DNA of 64,000 nt from Frankiales bacterium (GTDB lineage: Bacteria > Actinomycetota > Actinomycetes > JAFAQI01): NCBI GenBank assembly GCA_025980325.1, contig JAICXQ010000001.1, positions 12,232-76,231 on the forward strand. Reading direction: 5' to 3'. Made by a program: the position numbers and the translations under genes. This document shows, piece by piece, positions 56,375 to 64,000 of this stretch. Below the pieces are notes generated by a model. It had not been told where the DNA came from, searched no databases, and worked only from the letters and a program-made list of their open reading frames with translations. Position 1 is the first letter of the stretch, and each line of letters starts with the position of its first letter.

Positions 56375-57043
56375 TCAGGCCCCGGGAGTCTGCCCGTTGG
56401 GCGGGGGCATGAGCACGTCCTGCGAGGTCACCGATGAAGCGGTAGCGGGCGCCGGGACCTCGATCGGCGGTACCGCTGGTGAGCCAGAGCGGCTGCCGCG
56501 GCCACCGGTGGACTTGCGCGCCGTCGTCTTGCGCGCGCCGGTCTTACGAGCGGTCGTCTTGCGAGCGCCGGTCTTGCGGGCCGTCGTCTTCTTGGCGGTG
56601 CTCTTGCGCGCAGTCGTCTTGCGTGCAGTGGTCTTGCGCGCGCCGGTCTTGCGCGCAGTCGTCTTCTTCGCGGTGCTCTTGCGCGCGGTGGTCTTCTTTG
56701 CCGCGGACTTGCGGGTGGCCTTCTTCGCCGCAGTCTTACGACCGGTGGTCTTCTTCGCGGTCGTCTTGCGCGCCGTCGTCTTCTTTGCCGTGCTCTTGCG
56801 TGCAGTCGTCTTCTTCGCGGTCGACTTCTTGGCCGCGGTCTTGCGTGCGGTGGTCTTCTTCGCCGCGGTCTTACGGCCTGTCGTCTTCTTGGCGGTCGAC
56901 TTCTTCGCCGTTGTCTTACGCGCTGTCGTCCGCTTCGCGGTCGACTTCCTTGCCGCAGTCTTACGACCTGTTGTCTTCTTGGCGGTCGACTTCTTCGCCG
57001 CGGTCTTGCGCGCAGTGGTCTTCTTCGCCGCTGCAGGTGCCAC
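56375..57043 (-). CDS. Lys/Arg/Ala-rich pentapeptide-repeat protein, histone H1 / HU-tail-like nucleoid-associated protein candidate (222 aa)
   Basis: About 37 tandem [AG][KR][KR][ST][TAG] pentapeptides (AKKTT ARKTA AKKST ...). GTG start at 57043 with a GGGGG RBS 8 nt upstream. Third-position GC bias supports the minus strand. Non-repetitive 45-aa C-terminal tail. Confidence 0.6.
   Translation of the reverse strand: MAPAAAKKTTARKTAAKKSTAKKTTGRKTAARKSTAKRTTARKTTAKKSTAKKTTGRKTAAKKTTARKTAAKKSTAKKTTARKSTAKKTTARKTTAKKTTGRKTAAKKATRKSAAKKTTARKSTAKKTTARKTGARKTTARKTTARKSTAKKTTARKTGARKTTARKTGARKTTARKSTGGRGSRSGSPAVPPIEVPAPATASSVTSQDVLMPPPNGQTPGA
56480..57030 (-). repeat. Coding tandem repeat array (15-nt unit, about 36 copies) underlying the Lys-rich protein
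   Basis: Repeated GTCTT(G/C)CG(C/T)GC(A/G)GTC-type units are visible on the + strand. Confidence 0.8.
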
Positions 57044-57348
57044 GTTGTGCCCCCTAGCCTCTCTAGGATCGGGACGTTGCTGAGCACAACTGTGACACCA
57101 CCTGCACACGCATTTCCACCATCGCGACGAGTTTGATTGCGCGTGTCGCGCGCGCACACGTTGCGCGTCGCGACGCCGTTCACGTTGTCGATGGCGCGCG
57201 CGTGCGCGAAAAGTCGTTGTCTGGCAAGGGTAATTCAGCATCGACGTGCGCGTGTGATGACAACGCAAGCAATGTAGGTGTCGTCGTTACGACGCGAAAA
57301 AAAATTTTGCCGAAAGTGCTCGAGGGCGTTGCAAAACGCGGTCGAACG

Positions 57349-58275
57349 CTATCCGCCGACCTTCGGCAACGGTCCCGGCGTACTGCTCGACGACGGTGAC
57401 GACGACGGACTCGGTGACGACGAATGCGTCGGAGTCGGCGACGGATTCGCGCTCTTCGTCGGCGACGGCGATGGTTTCGGCGACGACGTCGAGGTCGATG
57501 TCGGTGCGACCGCGGCCGGCTTCGGCGATGCGATCGCCGGAGTGACGACAGTGGTCGTGTGATCGCGCAGCGCGCTGATCAGCGTCCGGGTCGCGGCGAG
57601 AACGGCTTGCGCACCGGGCGGCTGCTTGCTCAAGAGCAACGCGCGTTCGGCCTGCAGCAGTTGCTCGATCGCATTCGCCTGCGATGGATCGCCGTTGCTC
57701 GTCTTGATGAGAGCGACGATCTGCTGGTGCAACTTGTCGGCGGCGGCGATGACCTGTTGCGCACTCGGATCATTGCTGTTGACGACCGACTCGAACTGGC
57801 TCAGTGCGTTGTTGTCCTGCACGATCGCGGACGTGCCGTGGTGCCCCGTCGCGGTCGACGTGCCGGGCACCGGCAGCACGCCGGCTGCCGCCGCGGCCGC
57901 CATCGTGAGCGCGCCCACCAACGGGATCGCCGGCAGCGCGACCGCAATCCGACGGCGGGTCGCCGACCGGGGCCGGGCCGGCATGGGCACGACGTTGGTC
58001 ACCGGCTCGCGGTGCGCGGCCTGCTCGAGCTCGCGCAGCCGGTCGTCCGCGACGCGGAAGAACCGGGCGAGCTCGGCCCGATCGGCGTCGAGGATGTCGG
58101 CGGCGATGTCGGTCGCGCCGGCCTCGACCGCGCCGGCCGCCGTCGAGAGGTCGGTGACGAAGGTCAGCCGAAGATCCCGAACCTCGCCGAGCAGCGCGTC
58201 GAGCGCCTCGTTGCCACTGGCCGAGGCGGCCGGGACGGCGTCTGCGCGCCGTGTCCACCGCCAGTGCCCGGGCAT
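57349..58275 (-). CDS. Membrane-anchored hypothetical protein with a Ser/Pro/Thr-rich C-terminus
   Basis: Single TM segment IAVALPAIPLVGALTMAAAAAAGVL with a PS-rich tail; the start is uncertain. Confidence 0.45.
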   Translation of the reverse strand: MPGHWRWTRRADAVPAASASGNEALDALLGEVRDLRLTFVTDLSTAAGAVEAGATDIAADILDADRAELARFFRVADDRLRELEQAAHREPVTNVVPMPARPRSATRRRIAVALPAIPLVGALTMAAAAAAGVLPVPGTSTATGHHGTSAIVQDNNALSQFESVVNSNDPSAQQVIAAADKLHQQIVALIKTSNGDPSQANAIEQLLQAERALLLSKQPPGAQAVLAATRTLISALRDHTTTVVTPAIASPKPAAVAPTSTSTSSPKPSPSPTKSANPSPTPTHSSSPSPSSSPSSSSTPGPLPKVGG

Positions 58276-58493
58276 CGAGGGCTCCTTTCCGTCTCGAAGG
58301 CTGGGTTCGCCGCCGCGCAGGCTTCTCCTGCCATCCGGTCGGGCGACTTTCGGCCACTCCGACGGCTGTCGCGAGCGCACCTCCGCTGCGGAGGTGGCTC
58401 AGGAGCGCCGCCCGCGGCCGAAATCGCCACTTCCGCCACGATTGTGTGCTGGCGGGAGCAATTCCGCCATACCCCGGCTGCCACCATGTCCCC

Positions 58494-59150
58494 GTGACGA
58501 CCCTCGGCTTCCTCGGCGGTACCGGCGACCAGGGCCGTGGCCTCGCCCGGCGCTTCGCGCTCGCCGGCCACCCCGTCCTGCTCGGCTCGCGCAGCCCCGA
58601 GCGCGCCCGGGCCGCCGCCGACGCGCTGCAGGCCGATCTGCAGGCGGGCGCGAGCGTCGGCGGCGCCGGCAACGCCGAGGTCGCCGAGCGCTGCGAGATC
58701 GCCGTCGTCGCGGTCCCGTACGACGGCCACGCGGCGCTGCTGGCCGATCTCGCCGGGCCGCTGCGGGGCAAGATCGTCGTCGACTGCGTCAACCCGCTCG
58801 GCTTCGACGGCAAGGGCGCGTACCCGCTCGAGGTCCCGGAGGGCAGCGCGGCCGAGCAGGCGGCGGCGTTGCTGCCGGAGAGCACGGTCGTCGCGGCCTT
58901 CCACCACATCTCCGCCGTGCTCCTGCTCGATCCCGCCGTCGCGACCGTCGACACCGACGTACTGGTCCTCGGCGACGACCGCGCGGCGACCGACCTCGTG
59001 CAGGAACTGGTCGGCGCGATCGCCGGCATGCGCGGCGTCTACGCCGGCCGGCTGCGCAACGCCCGCCAGGTCGAGGCGCTCACCGCGAACCTCATCTCGA
59101 TCAACCGGCGGTACAAGGCGCATGCCGGGATCCGTGTCACCGACGTCTGA
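58494..59150 (+). CDS. npdG: NADPH-dependent F420 reductase (NpdG-like) NAD(P)-binding protein
   Basis: N-terminal LGFLGGTGDQGRGLARRFALAGHPVLLGSR Rossmann motif typical of NpdG. Confidence 0.7.
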   Translation: MTTLGFLGGTGDQGRGLARRFALAGHPVLLGSRSPERARAAADALQADLQAGASVGGAGNAEVAERCEIAVVAVPYDGHAALLADLAGPLRGKIVVDCVNPLGFDGKGAYPLEVPEGSAAEQAAALLPESTVVAAFHHISAVLLLDPAVATVDTDVLVLGDDRAATDLVQELVGAIAGMRGVYAGRLRNARQVEALTANLISINRRYKAHAGIRVTDV

Positions 59151-59889
59151 CGACCTCGGTCTTCCGGTCCCGGTCCCGCCGGCCGTCGGCCGGGTCGTGT
59201 CGCTGGTCCCGTCGCTGACCGAGAGCGTGGCCGCGACCGCACCGGGCCTGCTCGTCGGCGCGACCGACTGGTGCACGCATCCCGCCGACCTCGACGTCGC
59301 CCGCGTCGGCGGCACCAAGAACCCGCGCGTCGCCGACGTCCTCGACCTGCGGCCCGACGTCGTCGTCGCGAACGACGAGGAGAACCGCAGCGCCGACCTC
59401 GACGCGTTGCGGGCGGCCGGAGTCGCGGTCTGGGTGACCGCGCCGGCGACGGTCCCGGCCGCGATCGAGTCGCTCGACCGCATGCTGCGCCTCGGCTGCC
59501 GGCTCGATCGCCCGCCGTGGCTGGACGAGGCCGCGCAAACATGGTCGCGCACCGACACGACGACAACCCGAACCGCGCTCGTGCCGATCTGGCGCAAGCC
59601 GTGGATGGCGCTCGGCCGGGACACGTTCGCCGGCGACGTGCTCGCCCGGCTCGGCGTCGCCAACGTGTTGCGCACGAACGCCGAGCGCTACCCGCGGATC
59701 GATCTCGGCGCGTTGCCGCCGTACGACCTCGTGGTGCTGCCCGACGAGCCGTACGCGTTCAGTCCCGACGACGGGCCGGATGCGTTCTCGGGCAAGGAAT
59801 GGCGGTGCGTCAGCGGCCGGCACCTCACGTGGTACGGCCCGTCGCTCGCCGAAGCGCGCGACGTGCTGCACGAGCAGCTCTACTCGTAG
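59122..59889 (+). CDS. Periplasmic-binding-protein class 2 (BtuF/TroA-like) domain protein; no obvious signal peptide
   Basis: [30 protein letters not shown]...LRPDVVVAN pattern. Overlaps the npdG 3' end by 29 nt (alternative GTG start 59133). Confidence 0.5.
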   Translation: MPGSVSPTSDDLGLPVPVPPAVGRVVSLVPSLTESVAATAPGLLVGATDWCTHPADLDVARVGGTKNPRVADVLDLRPDVVVANDEENRSADLDALRAAGVAVWVTAPATVPAAIESLDRMLRLGCRLDRPPWLDEAAQTWSRTDTTTTRTALVPIWRKPWMALGRDTFAGDVLARLGVANVLRTNAERYPRIDLGALPPYDLVVLPDEPYAFSPDDGPDAFSGKEWRCVSGRHLTWYGPSLAEARDVLHEQLYS

Positions 59890-60731
59890 GAGTGCTCGGC
59901 CGCCGGGTAGCTGCCGCCGGCCACCTCGTCGGCGTACGCGCGCGCTGCGTCGGCGAGCACGCTGCGCAGGTCGGCGAAGCGCTTGACGAACTTCGGTTTC
60001 GGCCCGTTGTTGAGCCCGGCCATGTCCTGCCAGACCATGACCTGCGCGTCGCAGTCGGGTCCGGCGCCGATGCCGATCGTCGGGATGCGCAGTTCTTTCG
60101 TCACCTGCGCCGCAACCTCGGCCGGCACCATCTCGAGGACGACCGCGAACGCACCGGCCGACTCCAGCGCGAGCGCGTCGGCGAGCAGCCGTTCGGCCGC
60201 GTCGCCGCGGCCCTGCACGCGATAGCCGCCGAGCCCGTGCTCGCTCTGCGGGGTGAAGCCGATGTGCGCCATCACCGGCACGCCGGCCGCGACGATCGCC
60301 TGCACCTGCGCAACGACGGACTGCCCGCCTTCGAGCTTGACCGCGTGCGCGTCGCCTTCCTTCATGAACCGCACCGCGGTGTGCAGCGCCTGCCCGGGCG
60401 ATTCCTGGTACGAGCCGAACGGCAGGTCGGCGACGACGAGTGCGCGCCGGGTCGAGCGGGTGACCGCGCGCACCAGCGGCAGCAACTCGTCGACGGTGAC
60501 CGGCAGCGTGCTGTCGTAGCCGTAGACGTTGTTCGCCGCCGAGTCGCCGACCAGCAGCACCGGGATGCCGATCTCGTCGAACACCGCCGCGGCGTACTGC
60601 TCGTACGCGGTCAGCATCGGCCAGCGTTCGCCGCGTTCCTTCATCGCCTGCAGGTGATGGATGCGGATCCGGCGGATGGCCTCGCCCGGCCGCGGCGATC
60701 CGTACGGCGACAAGCCCTCGGCTTCGGTCAT
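59880..60731 (-). CDS. panB: 3-methyl-2-oxobutanoate hydroxymethyltransferase
   Basis: Full-length similarity pattern, including [18 protein letters not shown] and GGYRVQGRG. Confidence 0.9.
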   Translation of the reverse strand: MTEAEGLSPYGSPRPGEAIRRIRIHHLQAMKERGERWPMLTAYEQYAAAVFDEIGIPVLLVGDSAANNVYGYDSTLPVTVDELLPLVRAVTRSTRRALVVADLPFGSYQESPGQALHTAVRFMKEGDAHAVKLEGGQSVVAQVQAIVAAGVPVMAHIGFTPQSEHGLGGYRVQGRGDAAERLLADALALESAGAFAVVLEMVPAEVAAQVTKELRIPTIGIGAGPDCDAQVMVWQDMAGLNNGPKPKFVKRFADLRSVLADAARAYADEVAGGSYPAAEHSYE

Positions 60732-60776
60732 GAGAACGTCTCCCGCCTCGCGGCCCGGTCGGGTCCGCGGACCTCT

Positions 60777-62558
60777 CTAGTGTTGCACCGGATCGCGCCA
60801 GGCGTTCGTGATCGGCAGCCGCCGATCGCGGCCGAAGTTCTTCGGCGAGATCTTCGGGCCGGGCGGGTACTGCCTGCGCTTCCACTCGGCAGCGTCGACC
60901 ATCCGGATCACCTTGGCGACAAGTTCCGCGTCGTAACCGGCCGCGACCAGTTCCTCGTGCCCTTTGTCCTGCTCGACATAGGCGATCAGCACCTCGTCGA
61001 GCAGTTCGTAGGGCGGCAGCCGGTCGGTGTCGACCTGGCCGGGAGCGAGCTCCGCGGACGGCGGCTTGGTGATGATCTGCGCGGGGATCGGCTCGACCTC
61101 TCCGCGTTCAGCAGCGACGCCGTTGCGCCATCTCGCGAGTTCCCAGACGAGCGTCTTCGGCACGTCTTTGATCGGCGCGAAGCCGCCGGCGGTGTCGCCG
61201 TACAGGGTCGAGAAACCGGTGGCGAGCTCGCTCTTGTTGCCGGCGGTGAGCATCAGGTGGCCCTGCAGGTTGGACATCGCCATCCACGCGGTGCCGCGTA
61301 CCCGCGCCTGCAGGTTCTCCTCGGCGATGCCGTGTAGGCCGCCGATGTCGGCGAACGCCTTCTCGTACGCGTCGACGACGCCGCCGATCGGCAGCAGCGT
61401 CCAATGCAAGCCCTGCCGGGTCGCGAGCTCTTCGGCGTCGGCGACGGAATGCTCGGAGGAGTAGCGACTCGGCAGCCCGACGACGTGCACGGCGTCCGCG
61501 CCGAGCGCGTCGGCCGCGATCGTCGCGACGACGGCGGAGTCGATCCCGCCGGACAGGCCGAGCAGCACGGAGCCGAAACCGTTCTTGCGGGTGTAGTCGC
61601 GCACGCCGGTGACCAGCGCGGCCCACGTCTCGGCGAGGTCGTCGAGTCGCGGCGCGATCTCGCCGGGACGGGCGTCGTACGCCGGGCGCGCATCCGAACT
61701 GAGGACGGCGCGGTCGACCCGCATCCGGGTGCCGTCCTCCGCGTCGAGCCAGCCGCCTGTGTCGCTGCGGGCGGCGGGCAGGTCGAGGTCGACGACGAGC
61801 AGCTGCTCGCAGAACTGTGCGGCCCGCGCGAGCACGGCGCCGTCGCGGTCGACCACGATAGAGTCGCCGTCGAAGACGAGCTCGTCCTGGCCGCCGACCA
61901 TGTTCACGTACGCGAGCGTCGCGCCGGCTTCGGCGGCGCGCCGCCGGACCAGCTCGCAGCGCACGTCGTCCTTGTGCCGCTCGTACGGCGATCCGTTGAT
62001 GTTGACCACGAGTCCGACCTCGGCTTGGCGCGCGACGGCGATCGGGCCGCCCGCCTGCCACAAGTCTTCGCAGATCGTCAGCGCGACGTCGACGCCGTGC
62101 AGCCGGACGACCGGCAGCACGTCGCCGGGGACGAAGTACCGGAACTCGTCGAAGACTCCGTAGTTGGGCAGGTGATGCTTCGCGTACGTCGCGACGACGC
62201 GGCCGTCGTAGAGGATCGCGGCGGCGTTCTGCGGCTCGCCGGCCGGCCGGCCCACCCGCTCGGCGGGATCCGGGCAGGCGTCGAGGTAGCCGACGACGAC
62301 CGCGATGTCGCCGTAACCGTCGCCGGCCAGCCGTTCGGCGAGCCGGTGGACGGCGGCCTGCGACGCGCGGACGAACGACCGGCGCAGGACGAGGTCCTCG
62401 GGCGGGTAGCCGGTGAGCGCCATCTCCGGAAACGCGACGAGGTGCGCGCCCTCGGCCGCGGCGTGCGCGGTTTCGCGGACGACGCAATCGGCGTTGCCGG
62501 TCAGATCGCCGACGGTGACGTCGATCTGGGCCAGCGCGACGCGGAGCTGGGGCACCAC
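60777..62558 (-). CDS. nadE: Glutamine-dependent NAD+ synthetase (nitrilase domain + NAD synthetase domain)
   Basis: N-terminal CN-hydrolase domain (VAFPEMALTGYP) and C-terminal SGGIDS PP-loop; 593 aa. Confidence 0.9.
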   Translation of the reverse strand: MVPQLRVALAQIDVTVGDLTGNADCVVRETAHAAAEGAHLVAFPEMALTGYPPEDLVLRRSFVRASQAAVHRLAERLAGDGYGDIAVVVGYLDACPDPAERVGRPAGEPQNAAAILYDGRVVATYAKHHLPNYGVFDEFRYFVPGDVLPVVRLHGVDVALTICEDLWQAGGPIAVARQAEVGLVVNINGSPYERHKDDVRCELVRRRAAEAGATLAYVNMVGGQDELVFDGDSIVVDRDGAVLARAAQFCEQLLVVDLDLPAARSDTGGWLDAEDGTRMRVDRAVLSSDARPAYDARPGEIAPRLDDLAETWAALVTGVRDYTRKNGFGSVLLGLSGGIDSAVVATIAADALGADAVHVVGLPSRYSSEHSVADAEELATRQGLHWTLLPIGGVVDAYEKAFADIGGLHGIAEENLQARVRGTAWMAMSNLQGHLMLTAGNKSELATGFSTLYGDTAGGFAPIKDVPKTLVWELARWRNGVAAERGEVEPIPAQIITKPPSAELAPGQVDTDRLPPYELLDEVLIAYVEQDKGHEELVAAGYDAELVAKVIRMVDAAEWKRRQYPPGPKISPKNFGRDRRLPITNAWRDPVQH

Positions 62559-62660
62559 TCAATTCTGCCCGAACGGTTGATCGGTCATGTCCGATCAAGC
62601 GATGGTCGGTCTTGTCGGACATGGCGCACGCTAGTAGTCGTGGGAGGAGACCCGGTCCTG

Positions 62661-63005
62661 ATGATCGTCGACGACAACGCGGCGGTCAGATCGGCGCTGG
62701 GCGCGTACATGTCTCGCGTCGCCGGCTGGACGACGATCATCGTCGCCGAAAACGGTGCGCACGCGCTCGAACTGGTCGCCGATCGCTGCCCCGACGCGAT
62801 CGTGCTCGACAACTTCATGCCGGTCCGCACCGGCATCGACGTACTGCCCGACCTGCGCCGCGCGTGCCCGCAGGCGCGGATCGTGATGCACACCACCGAC
62901 GACAGCGCGGAGCTGCGCGACCAGGCGTCCGCTCGCGGCGCCGACGCGGTTGTGCACAAAGGGCGGCCGCTCGACGAGCTCGCGCTGCTGCTCGACGCTG
63001 CTTAA
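62661..63005 (+). CDS. Stand-alone response-regulator receiver domain protein (CheY-like)
   Basis: MIVDDNAAVR...DAIVLDNFMP...K; GGGAGGAG RBS 11 nt upstream. Confidence 0.7.
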   Translation: MIVDDNAAVRSALGAYMSRVAGWTTIIVAENGAHALELVADRCPDAIVLDNFMPVRTGIDVLPDLRRACPQARIVMHTTDDSAELRDQASARGADAVVHKGRPLDELALLLDAA

Positions 63006-63040
63006 TCTCGTCGTAACGCGCTCGCCATAAGCTCAGTCGC

Positions 63041-64000
63041 ATGGAGCGGCAGCAGGAGTTCGTCCTGCGCACGATCGAGGAACGCGACATCCGGTTCGTC
63101 CGGTTGTGGTTCACCGACGTCCTCGGCTTCCTGAAGTCGGTCGCGGTCGCGCCGGCCGCGCTGGAAGGCGCGTTCGGCGAGGGCATCGGCTTCGACGGCT
63201 CGGCGATCGAAGGCTTCGCGCGGGTGCACGAGTCGGACATGCTCGCCCGCCCCGATCCGCAGACGTTCCAAGTGTTGCCGTGGCGCGGTGAGGCACCGGG
63301 TACGGCGCGGATGTTCTGCGACATCCTCATGCCGGACGGGTCGCCGTCGTACGCCGATCCGCGGCACGTGTTGCGCCGGGTGATGCAACGCGCGGCCGAC
63401 TTGGGTTTCACGTTCTACGTGCATCCGGAGGTCGAGTTCTTCCTGCTCCGCGGCCGGCCGTCGGCGGAGGAGTTGTTGCCGGAGCCGATCGACGCGGGCG
63501 GGTACTTCGACCAGACGCCGCACGACTTCGGGCACGACTTTCGCCGGCATGCGATCACGATGCTCGAACGCATGGGCATCTCGGTCGAGTTCAGCCATCA
63601 CGAGGTCGCGCCGGGCCAGCAGGAGATCGACCTGCGCTACGCCGACGCGCTCACGACCGCGGACAACCTGATGACGATGCGCCTCGTGGTCAAAGAGGTC
63701 GCGCTGGAGCAAGGGATCTACGCGTCGTTCATGCCGAAGCCGTACACCGCGCAGCCGGGCTCGGCGATGCACACGCACCTGTCGTTGTTCGAAGGCGATC
63801 GCAACGCGTTTCACGACGCGAGCGATCCGTTCTCGCTGTCGAAGGTCGGCCGCGCGTTCGTCGCCGGCCTGTTGCGGCATGCGGCGGAGATGACCGCGGT
63901 CACCAACCAGTGGGTCAACTCGTACAAGCGGTTGTGGGGCGGTGGCGAGGCGCCGGCGTACGTGTGCTGGGGGCACAACAACCGATCCGCGCTGGTGCGG
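63041..64000 (+). CDS. glnA: Glutamine synthetase (GlnA-family), N-terminal about 320 aa; continues past the window end
   Basis: MERQQEFVLRTIEERDIRFVRLWFTDVLG, typical GS beta-grasp plus catalytic-domain motifs. No stop before the window end. Confidence 0.85.
   Translation, partial: MERQQEFVLRTIEERDIRFVRLWFTDVLGFLKSVAVAPAALEGAFGEGIGFDGSAIEGFARVHESDMLARPDPQTFQVLPWRGEAPGTARMFCDILMPDGSPSYADPRHVLRRVMQRAADLGFTFYVHPEVEFFLLRGRPSAEELLPEPIDAGGYFDQTPHDFGHDFRRHAITMLERMGISVEFSHHEVAPGQQEIDLRYADALTTADNLMTMRLVVKEVALEQGIYASFMPKPYTAQPGSAMHTHLSLFEGDRNAFHDASDPFSLSKVGRAFVAGLLRHAAEMTAVTNQWVNSYKRLWGGGEAPAYVCWGHNNRSALVR

Noticed and set aside
56450-57040. CRISPR-like regular repeats
   Set aside because: The periodicity is 15 nt with no spacers and lies inside a coding frame. 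It is a coding tandem repeat, not CRISPR.
56397-57083. + strand ORFs encoding VVLRA / SSCAR repeats over the Lys-rich repeat array
   Set aside because: They are mirror frames of the same tandem repeat. The minus-strand product has biological precedent (histone-like KKxx repeats), an RBS and a start, and consistent GC3 bias.
57349-58380. Membrane-anchored Ser/Pro-rich protein as an anti-sigma factor
   Set aside because: No adjacent ECF sigma factor gene and no recognisable anti-sigma zinc-finger; left as hypothetical.

Overview
This is a high-GC (about 70%) actinobacterial-type chromosomal segment with dense coding and frequent ATGA/GTGA stop-start overlaps. Many long ORFs in the six-frame track are antisense or off-frame artefacts of the GC bias, so I kept only frames with protein-like composition and recognisable motifs.

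Gene content in window order:
- **1-7876: SbcD/SbcC nuclease operon with two extra genes.** A translationally coupled operon carries the 3' end of sbcD (Mre11-like), then sbcC (Rad50-like, with Walker A, a CPVC zinc hook and the LSGGE signature). Two unusual genes follow: a 322-aa protein with NurA-like DG motifs, and a roughly 1250-aa Ala-rich protein with no P-loop and a C-terminal PD-(D/E)xK nuclease motif. I rank this as the best candidate for an undescribed DNA-end-processing or defence module.
- **7880-11240: low-GC islet.** It holds a frameshifted PD-(D/E)xK gene and a tyrosine integrase with a near-palindromic site at its promoter.
- **11242-25857: Rhs/YD-repeat polymorphic toxin and its cassettes.** The giant (3719 aa) Rhs protein has a signal peptide, four tandem Ig/Fn3-like repeats, YD repeats, a Gly-rich insert and the DPxGH core end, followed by a C-terminal toxin of unassigned family. 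An overlapping small immunity gene follows. Downstream there is an orphan Rhs tip copy (about 81% nt identity to the main tip) with its own toxin/immunity-like pair. Low-GC small ORFs lie between these cassettes and continue to about 26860.
- **27119-38400: peptidase and acyl-amino-acid cluster.** It encodes two beta-lactamase-fold serine hydrolases, a lipoprotein solute-binding protein, a D-aminoacylase-like amidohydrolase, an M20 peptidase, an OSBS/NSAR enolase and an M19 dipeptidase. Together these suggest catabolism of D-amino-acid-containing peptides.
- **39148-45082: three-gene ABC transporter operon with unusual fusions.** The genes are a lipoprotein, an MFS::LivF fusion, and a LivH::LivM::LivG fusion with a helix-hairpin-helix tail.
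- **56375-57043: 222-aa histone-H1-like protein** built almost entirely of Lys/Arg/Ala pentapeptide repeats, with matching DNA tandem repeats.
- **Other genes:** PucR regulator, ribbon-helix-helix (RHH) regulator plus ABC-2 exporter, GNAT acetyltransferase, SAM methyltransferase, metzincin protease, acyl-CoA oxidase, npdG-like F420 reductase, panB, nadE, a CheY-like receiver and the start of glnA.

I found no CRISPR array, rRNA or convincing tRNA.
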